A DNA stretch of 64,000 nt, taken from an uncultured bacterium. GTDB taxonomy: Bacteria > Babelota > Babeliae > Babelales > Vermiphilaceae. The stretch covers positions 224,001-288,000 of the forward strand of contig OY969561.1 of NCBI GenBank assembly GCA_963701085.1, written 5' to 3'. Of this stretch, positions 19,125 through 31,835 are shown in pieces. A model generated the notes under the pieces. The model was not told the origin of the DNA and searched no databases. It saw nothing but the letters and a program-made list of their open reading frames with translations. Position 1 is the stretch's first letter, and every line of letters starts with the position of its first letter. The position numbers and the translations under genes are program-made.

Positions 19125-20455
19125 CTATTTACCAAAAATCATGTCGTAGGGTAATCGAATAATAGAAAAAACAACATTGAAGACATTGGTAAATCCGGAC
19201 ATAATCCAAGCGAACCAGCCTAATTTAGGCTTTGGCGCAACTTCTTCTTCCTCGTCTTCTGCTTGTTGTTGGGCTTGTTCTTTTTGTTGTTCAAGAAGTT
19301 CGGTTTGGCGCTTAAAATTAACACCTTGTTCTTTGAGTGCTTCTATTTGATTTTGCACACGAGTAACATGTTGTGTTGCTTCGCCAATCAGTTTATTAAA
19401 ATGAGATAAGAAGTCTCGTTCTAGATAGGTACTTATATTTTTTATGTTACGAGCGGCACCTTCTATCATGTAATAAAGTTCGCGTGCTTTTGTATCATTT
19501 AATATATGAGCAATTTCTTTAAAGTTGTCCCATGCTTGTCGTTCAAACTGTCTTACGCGATTGATTTGGTTCATGAGGGTGCCTAAAGCGTCATCAATAG
19601 CATGGTCAAGGTTTGCAATTGATTCAACATCACGCATGAGTTGTTTTAATGCTTCTTCTTGTGGTGCAATTGTTTCATAAAGTGTGCGTTCTTGTTCGCT
19701 GAGATCGCCCTGTGCCTCACGATGTTTTTCAAAGAACTCAACCATCTCTGATAGTATTGTTTGGAGTTCACCTTGTCCAATACCAACATTAAGATAAAAA
19801 GGATCTAAGGCATTTCTATCGAGTTCATTGCGTTTAACAAAAAATACGGTGCGCGATTCCCATATTGCATCAACAAGAAGACGTATTTTTTCATAGCGTT
19901 CTTCGGCGCGTTCCCACCAGATGCGTTTGTAGAGCCAGTTGCCTTGTGGATTTTCAAGAGAAACGGTATCTATTCCTGTGGGTTTTTCTGCTTTTACTGG
20001 TTCTTCCGGAATTACGATAGGTTCATCTTGTACCGGTTCTGGCGCGCCTTCAGGAGCCTTGGGAGATCCCTCTGCCGATGTGTCCCCGCTCGTCCTTGAT
20101 GCTTCGTCAAGCTCAGCAGTAAACGCGCCGCCTGCCCGCAGAAGCCTTGGCGAAGGCGGGTCGAAGGATGGAGTGGAAGCTTCATGCTTTTCCTCCATGG
20201 GTTCTTTGGAGGGAGATGGAATCATCGGGATTTGCTCAGTTGGCATTTGCTCAGTTGGCATTTGCTCAGTTGGCATTTGCTCAGTTGGCATTTCTCAGTT
20301 GGCATTTGCTCAGTTGGCATTTGCTCAGTTGGGGCTTTTTCTGGCGCGATTAGTTGCTCCACTTGATCCCCAGTGGGTGAAGTTTTTTCCTGGGAAAAAG
20401 TAAAACATGGTACTATACTGAGTGCTGTTATCATCATTATTTTAGGTATACGCAT
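19125..20455 (-). CDS. Exported coiled-coil protein with PTEQM repeats and C-terminal hydrophobic anchor; one frameshift near 20294
   Basis: ORFs 20222-20455 (signal peptide) and 19125-20291 join if the 14-bp repeat copy at 20291-20304 regains one G (about 443 aa). Confidence 0.8.
20084..20176. repeat. Composite family A/B repeat inside a coding sequence
   Basis: CCCCGCTCGTCCTTGA...CCTGCCCGCAGAAGCCTTGGCGAAGGCGGG-TCGAAGGATGGAGTGG. Confidence 0.8.
20231..20332. repeat. 15-bp tandem repeat x7 (TTTGCTCAGTTGGCA), encoding PTEQM
   Basis: Seven copies counted directly; the fifth lacks one base. Confidence 0.95.
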
Positions 20456-20479
20456 AACATTATCTCCTTTTTTTATTTT

Positions 20480-20941
20480 TTAAAGAGACTCGGAGAGCTC
20501 TTCTAGTTCAGCCATTAAGGCATTTGATAGCTCTTCAGCATCAGGTGAAGTATAACTCCATCTTACGCCACTTTCCACTTTAGTTAAAACTGATCTATCG
20601 CATTTAATATCAATAATGTCAATGCGGACAACATTCATAAAAGGATGAACCATTGATGGCGCGCGTACAACACCAGCACGGCCTAAAACGCTGTAAGCAA
20701 CATTGCCTTCATCCAAAAAGCAGATCATAACTTTTTTTTGCCATACCATGTTATGATAGCCGGTGTGGTCCTTGTGAATGGTGAGTAAAATGCTTTCGAG
20801 TCCTTTAGCGCCAATGCATTGAACAGGAGTTGTGTTAGGTAATCCTTTTTCGGAGAAAGTTGCAAGGATTCCTACAGTTTGTCCTTTTTTTAAAACAGCT
20901 AATAAATCTTCCGGTAATTTTACGCCAACATGTTTTGCCAT
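20480..20941 (-). CDS. Pyridoxamine 5'-phosphate oxidase-like FMN-binding split-barrel protein
   Basis: ILATFSEKGLPNTTP N-terminal pattern; T..NM....KV.I; SV.GRA; 153 aa. Confidence 0.7.
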   Translation of the reverse strand: MAKHVGVKLPEDLLAVLKKGQTVGILATFSEKGLPNTTPVQCIGAKGLESILLTIHKDHTGYHNMVWQKKVMICFLDEGNVAYSVLGRAGVVRAPSMVHPFMNVVRIDIIDIKCDRSVLTKVESGVRWSYTSPDAEELSNALMAELEELSESL

Positions 20942-21014
20942 GAATACCCTAACTTACATAAATAAGCACTATAAATTTGACACATTTTTTAGTTTATTAA
21001 AGAAAAATCGACTT

Positions 21015-22169
21015 TTATAAAGAAAGTCTTGTTATGATTTCGTTTTCTACTACTAATCCAGCGGGAGTTAATTGTAGACGGCCATTGTTTTCTGTAATTA
21101 ATTTTTTTTGTTGTAATATATCAATGGTTGATCTAATCTTTTCTTTTTGCACGAGATTTAAATCGCTACTAATTTCTTCCCAGCAAACCCCCTTCATTCT
21201 TCTTAGCCCAAGCATAATTTTTTCAACGTATATTTGATCTTTGGTAATTGTCTCTACAAATATTGGTTTATACCTGTTTTGTTCCATGGTTTCCAAGTAT
21301 TTGATAAGATTTTTTTCATTTTGCAGGCGGGATGTTCCATCAAACGAGCATGCGCCAAGGCCAAATCCGCGGTATGGCTTGCGTTCCCAATAAGTGGTGT
21401 TATGTCGTGATTCTTTTCCCATTCGAGCAAAACTAGAAACTTCATATTGATTAAAGCCATGGTTGGAAAGAAATTCACGGGACCAATGGTATGCATCAAC
21501 AACATCATCATCGCATGGTAACGTAACCTTGTTTGATTTGACGTTAAAAAACAATGGTGTGCTGTCATGAACTTCTAAAACATACATCGATAGGTGCGTG
21601 ATCTTCCACGTAACTATTTTTGCTAATAACTCCTCCCATTCAATTGTGCTAACTCCTGGTAGTCCCAAAATGACATCTACAGAGATGTTATCAAAATAAT
21701 GAGGTGCATTATCAAGCAAAGAATAAACATCAGTAGCTTTTTGCAAGCGATTCAATTTCTGTAACACTGAATCATTGAGGCTTTGTACCCCAATGCTGAT
21801 ACGGTTAATTCCCAATTCTTTCCATAAGGCTAATTGCTCAAATCGCACTGTGCCAGGGTTAACTTCAAGAGTTATTTCTGTGTTCTCATCAAAAATAAAG
21901 AACTCTTTTAGGAGAGCAAACATGTCAATAAGCAGATGGTCAGGGTAGGTGCTTGGGGTCCCTCCACCAAAATAAATGGTATCTAATGGGAGTTTTTCTG
22001 TATATTTATTGCCAAATTCCTTAATTTCTTTGATCAGGGCATTGTGATACCGTTCCATAAATGGATCGTGTGATGCCAGTGCCACAAAAGGGCAGTAATG
22101 GCAACGATAGGGACAAAACGGCCAATGAATATACAGCGAGCGTGTATTGGCTGAGGTATCATAATGCAT
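21015..22169 (-). CDS. hemW: Radical SAM heme chaperone HemW (HemN-like)
   Basis: LYIHWPFCPYRCHYC (CxxxCxxC), YFGGGTPS, EVNP, RISIGVQS, YEVSSFA...SRHN..YW. Confidence 0.92.
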   Translation of the reverse strand: MHYDTSANTRSLYIHWPFCPYRCHYCPFVALASHDPFMERYHNALIKEIKEFGNKYTEKLPLDTIYFGGGTPSTYPDHLLIDMFALLKEFFIFDENTEITLEVNPGTVRFEQLALWKELGINRISIGVQSLNDSVLQKLNRLQKATDVYSLLDNAPHYFDNISVDVILGLPGVSTIEWEELLAKIVTWKITHLSMYVLEVHDSTPLFFNVKSNKVTLPCDDDVVDAYHWSREFLSNHGFNQYEVSSFARMGKESRHNTTYWERKPYRGFGLGACSFDGTSRLQNEKNLIKYLETMEQNRYKPIFVETITKDQIYVEKIMLGLRRMKGVCWEEISSDLNLVQKEKIRSTIDILQQKKLITENNGRLQLTPAGLVVENEIITRLSL

Positions 22170-22272
22170 AAAAACCTATTTTTTTTGAAAAGCTAAAAAG
22201 TAGTACATTTTATTGTATCATAGGTCCTGTAATGCAGCAAATTGTAGTAGAAACTTAAAGTTTTTAAATCTT

Positions 22273-22947
22273 TTATTGTTGTTCTTTGTTTATATCAAGG
22301 CCATAGAGGATATCTGCAAGTGTTTTAATTTCGCTCGGTGATGTTTCTCTTATTATGGCAATATCCTTGAGCAAATCATCAAATTCTTGTGTTGCTATAG
22401 AAAAAGGAATGTGAGAGACGATTTTTTTTTCAGCATTTATTTTTTCTAAATCAAGCAAAACTCTAAATGTTGCTGCTTTGCCAATGATAGCAGTGTTTTT
22501 TTGATTGTTTGTGTATTGATTGAATTGTTCTAGGGTTGGTGAGGTGAAATTGTTTTTTTCAAGATTAGCGTTGTATTGCGCGATTCTTTCAAAAAGAACG
22601 CTGATATAAAGGGGGCTGTTATAGGGAGGGTTTTCCGGTGAAAAAATTTTAGTTTTGATTGGTTGGTTGTAAGCAAATATTCCAATATGTTTTGGCTCAA
22701 TGTTGCAAGATTTTAATTCTTTGGTTTTTGTTATTATGTTGATTATATTTTCTGCGCTTTGGATAGTGGTTGGATTGTAAAAGTCAAGCGCGGTATAGGC
22801 TTTTTTGTATAAATCATTTTTTTTATAAAAATTGTTATTGTTGTGATTTGTAGTTGCACTGTCGCTTGTGGAGACAAGTTTGTCTTCCATTGCATGCAAG
22901 GGAACTGATAGGCTGGTAACGATTACTATTTTGTGTGTTAGTTTCAT
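22273..22947 (-). CDS. Hypothetical exported protein
   Basis: Likely start MKLTHK after AAGGAAG; signal ending LHA-MED. Confidence 0.75.
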   Translation of the reverse strand: MKLTHKIVIVTSLSVPLHAMEDKLVSTSDSATTNHNNNNFYKKNDLYKKAYTALDFYNPTTIQSAENIINIITKTKELKSCNIEPKHIGIFAYNQPIKTKIFSPENPPYNSPLYISVLFERIAQYNANLEKNNFTSPTLEQFNQYTNNQKNTAIIGKAATFRVLLDLEKINAEKKIVSHIPFSIATQEFDDLLKDIAIIRETSPSEIKTLADILYGLDINKEQQ

Positions 22948-23066
22948 ACTTCTTCCTTTTTGTATACGTTGATTTTTTTGGCTATGCCATAGTACTCTAT
23001 TGTTAAAAGTAATTTTTGTGATGTTTACCATAAAATTTTTTATTATCAAAAGCAAGAGTTCATGTT

Positions 23067-23873
23067 GTGTATAAAAATAGAATTGTTGTAATCGTTGTTT
23101 TGATCATTGTTTCATTTTTTATCTTTAAGCATTATGTAGGGGTAGGAGTTTCTGTTGTTGAAACAATTTCTTCTTATATGGTGTATCCCTTTTTGCGCGT
23201 GCAACAGTTAGTTATTGAGCCAATTTCAAGATGGTCCGAGCATTCCTCAAATGTACAAGAACTTGAAAATGTTATTGAAAATTTACAACAAAAATATGAT
23301 GAGATTTTTGCAGAAAATATTACGTTAAAAGCAATGCATCATTATGCAGATGAAACAAAAGAGTTGCGTGGTTTTAATAAAAGATATTTGTTAGATCGCG
23401 GACATATAGCACATGTGTTGGCACGTCATTTTTCTCCAAGTAATCAGTTTTTTCTTGTTGATGCGGGTACTGCTCAGGGTATAAAAAGGGATATGGTAGC
23501 GTTGTACGGTAACTCTATTGTAGGCAGAGTTGTTGAAGTATATCCATGGTATTGTAAAATTTCTCTTATTACTGATGTTGATTGTAAGGTTGCAGCATTA
23601 TCTTTATCTCCCAAAGTTTGTGCGAGTGGCATTCATGAAGGAATAAATGATGCAAGACATACAGTTATGCGCTATGTGAGTCATTTGGATGTGGTGAAAG
23701 TGGGCAATGATGTGCTTTCTAGCGGAGAGGGATTGGTATTTCCTAAAGGATTTGCATTAGGCAAAGTTATTTCTGCCGATAAAGGTGATTTGTTTTATGC
23801 TATTACGGTGCAACCAGCTTTAGATTTTAACGCACTACGTTATTGCACGCTCATTGCTAAAGAAGATATTTAA
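23067..23873 (+). CDS. mreC: Rod shape-determining protein MreC
   Basis: N-terminal TM, coiled coil, VDAG..QGIK..M, VGRV, LITD, SSG.G.VFPKG..LG.V. Confidence 0.92.
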   Translation: MYKNRIVVIVVLIIVSFFIFKHYVGVGVSVVETISSYMVYPFLRVQQLVIEPISRWSEHSSNVQELENVIENLQQKYDEIFAENITLKAMHHYADETKELRGFNKRYLLDRGHIAHVLARHFSPSNQFFLVDAGTAQGIKRDMVALYGNSIVGRVVEVYPWYCKISLITDVDCKVAALSLSPKVCASGIHEGINDARHTVMRYVSHLDVVKVGNDVLSSGEGLVFPKGFALGKVISADKGDLFYAITVQPALDFNALRYCTLIAKEDI

Positions 23874-24587
23874 TATATTTTGTTTTTTTTCATTATGTTC
23901 AACCCATTCAATTTCACCTTCAATGAGCGCTTTTTCTTTGATGGTTTTTATAACAGTGCACAATGACCCAATTTCATTAATCAGTCCGAGCGCTATTGCC
24001 TGTGTTCCGGTGAATGTTTTCCCATCAGCCCAGTTTGACGTAGTAGTAAGCGATAGTTTTCTGCTTAAAGCAATCTGTTTGGTGAGGTGTTGATATGATT
24101 CATTTTCTATTATCTCAAGACTGCTGTTCGGATCTGTAATGGCTTGGTGTGTTGACCAAGCACTGAACGTTTTTCCAATGTTTCCTATTATTGCCGATTC
24201 GGGCGCGATAATAGAGTCACATGCGCTTGCAATGAGGTAGGCACCTGAAAGACACATATTTTCCACCAGGGCTATTATAGGTTTAGGGTATTCTTTTTTA
24301 AGTTGTCGAATGTCATGAAAAATAGTTTGGCCTGTACCAGAGGCAGTTTCAGCACAATTTATTTTAATGACAATTCCTTTAATGGCCGGGTCTTTAAAAA
24401 AACAATGGAGCTGTTCGGTGGTAAAATCAGCGTCATGAAGAGGTTTTGTTAATGATAAAATACCAACAGGAGTTCGTGGTTCTAGTATAGCCATATATTG
24501 TTTTTTAATGCCATCGACTAAGGCGGGGGCTACATAGAGGATAATGATTAAAAGAAAGATAGTTTTAAGGGTGTTAAGTAGTGTCAT
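23835..24587 (-). CDS. sppA: S49/SppA-family signal peptide peptidase (short, divergent)
   Basis: KPIIA...CLSGAYLIASACD.IIA...AIIGNIG; ADG.TFTG.QA..LGLI.EIG. Confidence 0.82.
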   Translation of the reverse strand: MTLLNTLKTIFLLIIILYVAPALVDGIKKQYMAILEPRTPVGILSLTKPLHDADFTTEQLHCFFKDPAIKGIVIKINCAETASGTGQTIFHDIRQLKKEYPKPIIALVENMCLSGAYLIASACDSIIAPESAIIGNIGKTFSAWSTHQAITDPNSSLEIIENESYQHLTKQIALSRKLSLTTTSNWADGKTFTGTQAIALGLINEIGSLCTVIKTIKEKALIEGEIEWVEHNEKKQNILNIFFSNERAIT

Positions 24588-24685
24588 AGTGGAGCCTTGC
24601 GATGGTAAAAAGAAGCTTTTTTAGGATATTGGTTTAGTAGCATATAGAAAAAAGCGGTATTGTGAAAGAAATGTGTTATATTTTT

Positions 24686-24714
24686 TTGACTTTTGTTCCC
24701 ATATCCTTTACACT
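24686..24714 (+). promoter_or_regulatory. Sigma70-like promoter of the tRNA cluster
   Basis: TTGACT-17 bp-TACACT, 28 bp upstream of tRNA-Val. Confidence 0.7.
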
Positions 24715-24742
24715 TTCTTCAGTAAGTTTAGGTGGGATTTCA

Positions 24743-24817
24743 GGGCGATTAGCTCAGTGGTAGAGCATCAGTCTTACAAACTGGGGGTCGTAGGTTCGAA
24801 ACCTACATCGCCCACCA
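24743..24817 (+). tRNA. tRNA-Val(TAC)
   Basis: GGGCGATTAGCTCAG...CT-TAC-AA...GGTTCGAAACC...ATCGCCCACCA. Confidence 0.96.
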
Positions 24818-24825
24818 TACTTTTA

Positions 24826-24915
24826 CCCAACTTTCGCTAAAGCTACAGTTGGGGCCCATTTAAGAAGTTTTTGAAATTGCTCCGTTCGTCCTGAGCCAGT
24901 CGAAGGATACGAACG
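24826..24915. repeat. Family B hairpin and family A copy in the tRNA spacer
   Basis: CCCAACT-TTCGCTAAAGCTAC-AGTTGGG (24826-24853); CTCCGTTCGTCCTGAGCCAGTCGAAGGATACGAACG (24880-24915). Confidence 0.85.
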
Positions 24916-24943
24916 TAAAATTGGTTTTTTATTGAAATTTTAT

Positions 24944-25018
24944 TCCTCGGTAGCTCAGTGGTAGAGCAAACGACTGTTAATCGTTGGGTCGCAGGTTCGA
25001 ATCCTGCCCGGGGAGCCA
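24944..25018 (+). tRNA. tRNA-Asn(GTT)
   Basis: TCCTCGGTAGCTCAG...CT-GTT-AA...GGTTCGAATCC...GGGGAGCCA. Confidence 0.96.
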
Positions 25019-25024
25019 CAAATT

Positions 25025-25102
25025 GGGGTGGTAGCTCAGCTTGGATAGAGCGTCCGCCTGTCACGCGGAAGGTCGCGGGTTCAAGTCCCGTCCACCCCGC
25101 CA
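25025..25102 (+). tRNA. tRNA-Asp(GTC)
   Basis: GGGGTGGTAGCTCAG...CT-GTC-AC...GGTTCAAGTCC...CCCCGCCA. Confidence 0.96.
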
Positions 25103-25136
25103 GCCTTCGCTAAAAGTGAAGGATGGCGGTTTTTTT
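25097..25136 (+). terminator. Terminator-like hairpin overlapping the tRNA-Asp 3' end
   Basis: CCGCCAgCCTTCgC...GtGAAGGaTGGCGG followed by T7. Confidence 0.7.
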
Positions 25137-25166
25137 ATTCTTATCGTTTTAACTTTGTTATTAAAT

Positions 25167-25207
25167 AAAAAGAGCTCCTGATTCAGGAGCTCTTTTTTGT
25201 GTCTAAT
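25167..25207. terminator. Bidirectional terminator, copy 1
   Basis: AAAAAGAGCTCCTG-ATT-CAGGAGCTCTTTTTT; a second copy lies at 28476-28516. Confidence 0.85.
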
Positions 25208-25303
25208 ATAGATTAGTCTCACATGTTTCTGAACTAAAACATCGGGTATCCATGTACGGATTAGTAATGATTTACGTTTTTTTGTTTTATTTAATGTATT
25301 TTA

Positions 25304-28369
<3,066 letters not shown>

Positions 28370-28475
28370 TGTATGTACCTTGTTTTTAAAAATAATTATT
28401 TTTTATTATAAAAAAATTAATGGTACAAAAAAGAAGAGAATTGTTGTTATGTTTTTTTATTGTAAAAATATCTAA

Positions 28476-28516
28476 AAAAAGAGCTCCTGATTCAGAAGCT
28501 CTTTTTTGTGTCTAAT
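28476..28516. terminator. Bidirectional terminator, copy 2
   Basis: 40/41 identical to 25167-25207. Confidence 0.8.
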
Positions 28517-28526
28517 TACGTTGAGT

Positions 28527-29645
28527 TTATTTTTTAATGTTTTCAAGAAATTTAGGTTGACTGCTACAGTTTTTAACATTTTCAAACTGTTGTTCAAATT
28601 GAGCTATCATGTCAGCATCATCTGAAATTGTCATGTCTTCCCAGTTGCGTTGTAGAGCGCTATCAGTGTAATTAAATGAGCCATGGCAGAGGAGTTTTTT
28701 GTTGAGCAAGTTACGTTTGAATAAAGTAAATTTATGGTGGTTCATTTCAAAATTATCATTCTGTGGAGATAATACGTTAATGTCATTGTCGCGTAGAAGA
28801 TTTATTACATTAAGGTTGTTTTTCTTTGGTCCTTGTCTGCTGTCTGTAATCACTTCAACAAAAATGCCGTCCTTCTTTTTTTTTCTTACAAGCGCATTTG
28901 CAATAGGCATAAGATCAAAGGAAAAACAACATACTGATATTTTTTCTTGTTCATTTTTAATGAGCGCTATAAGTGCTTGATCAGGTGTTTGATTTTGGTG
29001 CGCGTCTCTATAGCGTGGAGCATTGGTAAAAAAAGCTTGAGGAAACGTTAATTTAGGTAAGGTTTTAAATGCATAGAGGTGTCGTGATATTTTTTGTGCA
29101 TTGTTATATTCAGAGTCATATGAAAATTTTGCTTTAATTTCTTCATTATCGCTTTTGCTCGTAATTTCATATCCTATGATGCACATGTCTTTAATGCGTT
29201 TCTTGTGTTCTTTTGCTTCTGCATGAAATTCTTCTTTTCCTTCTTTACTTAATTGAGTTGCTTCATTGGTTATCAATAAGTTGCCAAGCGCACTAGGGTT
29301 AATATCGTAAATTGATTTTTTGATAGTGAGAGTGTGTGGAGAGAGTTGGAGAGCTGTGTCTTGTTTGTCTTCTGACGCAATGTTGGCAAGGGGATCGCCT
29401 TGTTTTGTTTCTTTGGAAAAAAATAGACACAATTCGGATCTTTGTGGAGATTCTGTTCGTTGTTTTTTTTCGAAAGAAGGAGAAATGAGTGTATCTTCAG
29501 CCGATCTTTTTTGATTTTGAAAGCAATTTTCTGTTGAAGGAGTTTTGTTGAAGCCGGTATTCACTGCGAGTTTGGGGTACATGCCGCACAATTGGATGGA
29601 AGAGAGGGAAATAAGGGTTATAATAAAAACATTTCTAATATTCAT
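28527..29645 (-). CDS. Exported phospholipase D/Nuc-family protein (single HKD-type domain)
   Basis: C-terminal VEVITD, NHHKFTLFK...GSFNYT.SA..RN.E; likely start MNIRNV with signal ending LCG-MY. Confidence 0.85.
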   Translation of the reverse strand: MNIRNVFIITLISLSSIQLCGMYPKLAVNTGFNKTPSTENCFQNQKRSAEDTLISPSFEKKQRTESPQRSELCLFFSKETKQGDPLANIASEDKQDTALQLSPHTLTIKKSIYDINPSALGNLLITNEATQLSKEGKEEFHAEAKEHKKRIKDMCIIGYEITSKSDNEEIKAKFSYDSEYNNAQKISRHLYAFKTLPKLTFPQAFFTNAPRYRDAHQNQTPDQALIALIKNEQEKISVCCFSFDLMPIANALVRKKKKDGIFVEVITDSRQGPKKNNLNVINLLRDNDINVLSPQNDNFEMNHHKFTLFKRNLLNKKLLCHGSFNYTDSALQRNWEDMTISDDADMIAQFEQQFENVKNCSSQPKFLENIKK

Positions 29646-29843
29646 GGTTTCCTTAGCTTGGCGATTAATAAGATTACTAACTTGACTTGATGTGTTTTTC
29701 AATTAGTATTAGTTTATCATTAAATAAACCTGTTGGCAACCGGGTATCCATGTACGGATTAGTAAGGATTTACGTTTTTTAGTTTTATTCAATGAAAAAA
29801 GATGGTATAAATACCGATACGATAAAATAAAAATGTTAGATAA

Positions 29844-31526
29844 ATGGGGATTATTATGGCTATTGGTATGCAAGATCAGTTAACTATTCCTGCCGGTTTA
29901 TTGGTAACAGCAGGCTTATCACCAGCATTTGTTGCTCAGTTTGCGTTGTTTCTCGCCATTATTTTGATGTGGACTATTGCGTGGGGTAAAATTTTTAAAA
30001 AATTATTCGGCTTGCCCGTGATAGCAGGGCGTATTATTGCCGGTATTTTACTGGGGCCATCATTGTTTAATATTGCCTCCTTTTCTTTTTTTGCTCAACC
30101 TCTCTTATTGCTTGATCGTATGACAGGGCAATTGTATAGCCTTGCAAGTTATGATGTTATGCTTTTCGTTGTTTTGCTTATTTCATCAGCGTTGACGGTA
30201 TCCTATTTGCTGTGGATTGCGGGACATGAAACTGATTTGCAAGATATTTTCTCCATTGGACCTGTTGCCATTTTAGCTGGAATTTTTGGTGCGGTACTGC
30301 CGATTGTTATGATTGCAGCGCCATTATATTATGGTTTTGGTGGTGAATGGAGTACTGTTCAGGCGATTGGTATGGGCCTTATTTTTGCTGCTACGAGTGT
30401 TTCAATTCCCGTGGCAATGTTGTTTGCGTACAATAAAATGCACTTAAAAAGTTCTAAAGCAGCGCTTGGCGCCGCGGTAGCAGATGATATTTTTGCCGTT
30501 ATTTTATTATCAGTTTTTTCATTGAGTGTGCAGGCAGGGTTGTTAGGGCATGTTGAAGGTTCGTTATTGGAGGGGCATGGATCGTCGTTATTTGCTTCAC
30601 TCTTTTTCATAGTCATCGCGTTTGTTGTTATGGGTGGTGTGGGGTATTATTGTGTACGACCTTTTATTGAGTGGCTCAAACGTTCTCATCTATCGCATCT
30701 TATTGCGCCAGCAGCCAATGGGATTATGCTTATTTATTTTGCCTTTGCTGAAATTATTGGTGGTTTGGCTGGTATTACCGGTGCTTATTTTGCAGGTCTT
30801 TTCCATCGCATGGGTGACCATAGACATGGAGCGGAAAAAGTTATTTCTCCTTTCGTGAATGCGTTTTTACTCCCATTGTTTTTGGGATCAATAGGCTTGC
30901 AGCTTGATGTGCGTTTATTGAGTGGATATGATTGGTTATTAGTTGGCTTTCTTTTGGTTATTGCAATTATTTCTAAATTGCTTGGATGTTGGCTTGCTAC
31001 CGCGCTGAGCAACCGTTTTGCGCATAAAGATAGTTACCAGTGGACAGCGCTTGATACGTATTTATTTGGTTCATCAATGGTTGCGCGGGGTGAGGTTGGT
31101 CTTGTGGTGACGACTATTTTGTTTGGGTCAGGTATTATTTTGCCTTCTCATTATGTGATTGCCATTGTGGTGATTGTGCTGACGACTGTGGCAACGCCTA
31201 TTATGCTTGCGCAGGGGTTTGAGCGCCTTGCCTTAATCGCTAAGGATCAGGTTTTTGCGCTTAATATTGGGCTTTTTTCATTTATTGGAACTACCCAAAT
31301 GTTTCATATTATCACCGGATGTTTGGAAAAACAGGGTACACATTTTACGATTGTACAGATTAGTGACGGCTCCACGGTGGCTAGTCTTGAAGGGGCAAAT
31401 GTAAAGATTGTGTTGAATGCTGATGATGGAATTCTCTTTGAGGGGGACAAGGAGAAGATTGAAAGTATCGTACGGATGGTTAAAGAGAGCATAGTTGATG
31501 ATATCGTAGGTTTGACGAGTAATTAA
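29844..31526 (+). CDS. Cation:proton antiporter (CPA2/KefB-like)
   Basis: G.I.AGILLGPS, ATSVSI, AAVADDI, GAYFAGL, PLFLGSIG, MVARGEVGLV; about 13 TM segments. Confidence 0.92.
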   Translation: MGIIMAIGMQDQLTIPAGLLVTAGLSPAFVAQFALFLAIILMWTIAWGKIFKKLFGLPVIAGRIIAGILLGPSLFNIASFSFFAQPLLLLDRMTGQLYSLASYDVMLFVVLLISSALTVSYLLWIAGHETDLQDIFSIGPVAILAGIFGAVLPIVMIAAPLYYGFGGEWSTVQAIGMGLIFAATSVSIPVAMLFAYNKMHLKSSKAALGAAVADDIFAVILLSVFSLSVQAGLLGHVEGSLLEGHGSSLFASLFFIVIAFVVMGGVGYYCVRPFIEWLKRSHLSHLIAPAANGIMLIYFAFAEIIGGLAGITGAYFAGLFHRMGDHRHGAEKVISPFVNAFLLPLFLGSIGLQLDVRLLSGYDWLLVGFLLVIAIISKLLGCWLATALSNRFAHKDSYQWTALDTYLFGSSMVARGEVGLVVTTILFGSGIILPSHYVIAIVVIVLTTVATPIMLAQGFERLALIAKDQVFALNIGLFSFIGTTQMFHIITGCLEKQGTHFTIVQISDGSTVASLEGANVKIVLNADDGILFEGDKEKIESIVRMVKESIVDDIVGLTSN

Positions 31527-31548
31527 GAGGGTAAAAGGCGCTCCTGCT

Positions 31549-31577
31549 TTGACAAAGGGGCGTTTTTAGATTACATT
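31549..31577 (+). promoter_or_regulatory. Sigma70-like promoter of rpmE-prfA
   Basis: TTGACA-17 bp-TACATT. Confidence 0.65.
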
Positions 31578-31625
31578 TAGAATATTATTAGATTATATAA
31601 AAAAACATAAATAGTAGGGCGTTAT

Positions 31626-31829
31626 ATGAAAAAAACTATTCATCCAGAGCTTCATGAAGTTACTGCACGCTGTGCATGTGGTAATGCGTTTGATACTCAT
31701 TCAACAAGCAATGAATTAAGAGTTACTATCTGTTCTAATTGCCATCCTTTCTTTACCGGCCAACAGAAGTTTCTTGATACCGCTGGTCGTATTGATAAGT
31801 TCAATAAAAAATATGCAAAAAAAGCATAA
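31626..31829 (+). CDS. rpmE: 50S ribosomal protein L31 (zinc-binding type)
   Basis: MKK.IHP...CACG...[25 protein letters not shown]. Confidence 0.98.
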   Translation: MKKTIHPELHEVTARCACGNAFDTHSTSNELRVTICSNCHPFFTGQQKFLDTAGRIDKFNKKYAKKA

Positions 31830-31835
31830 TTATTT

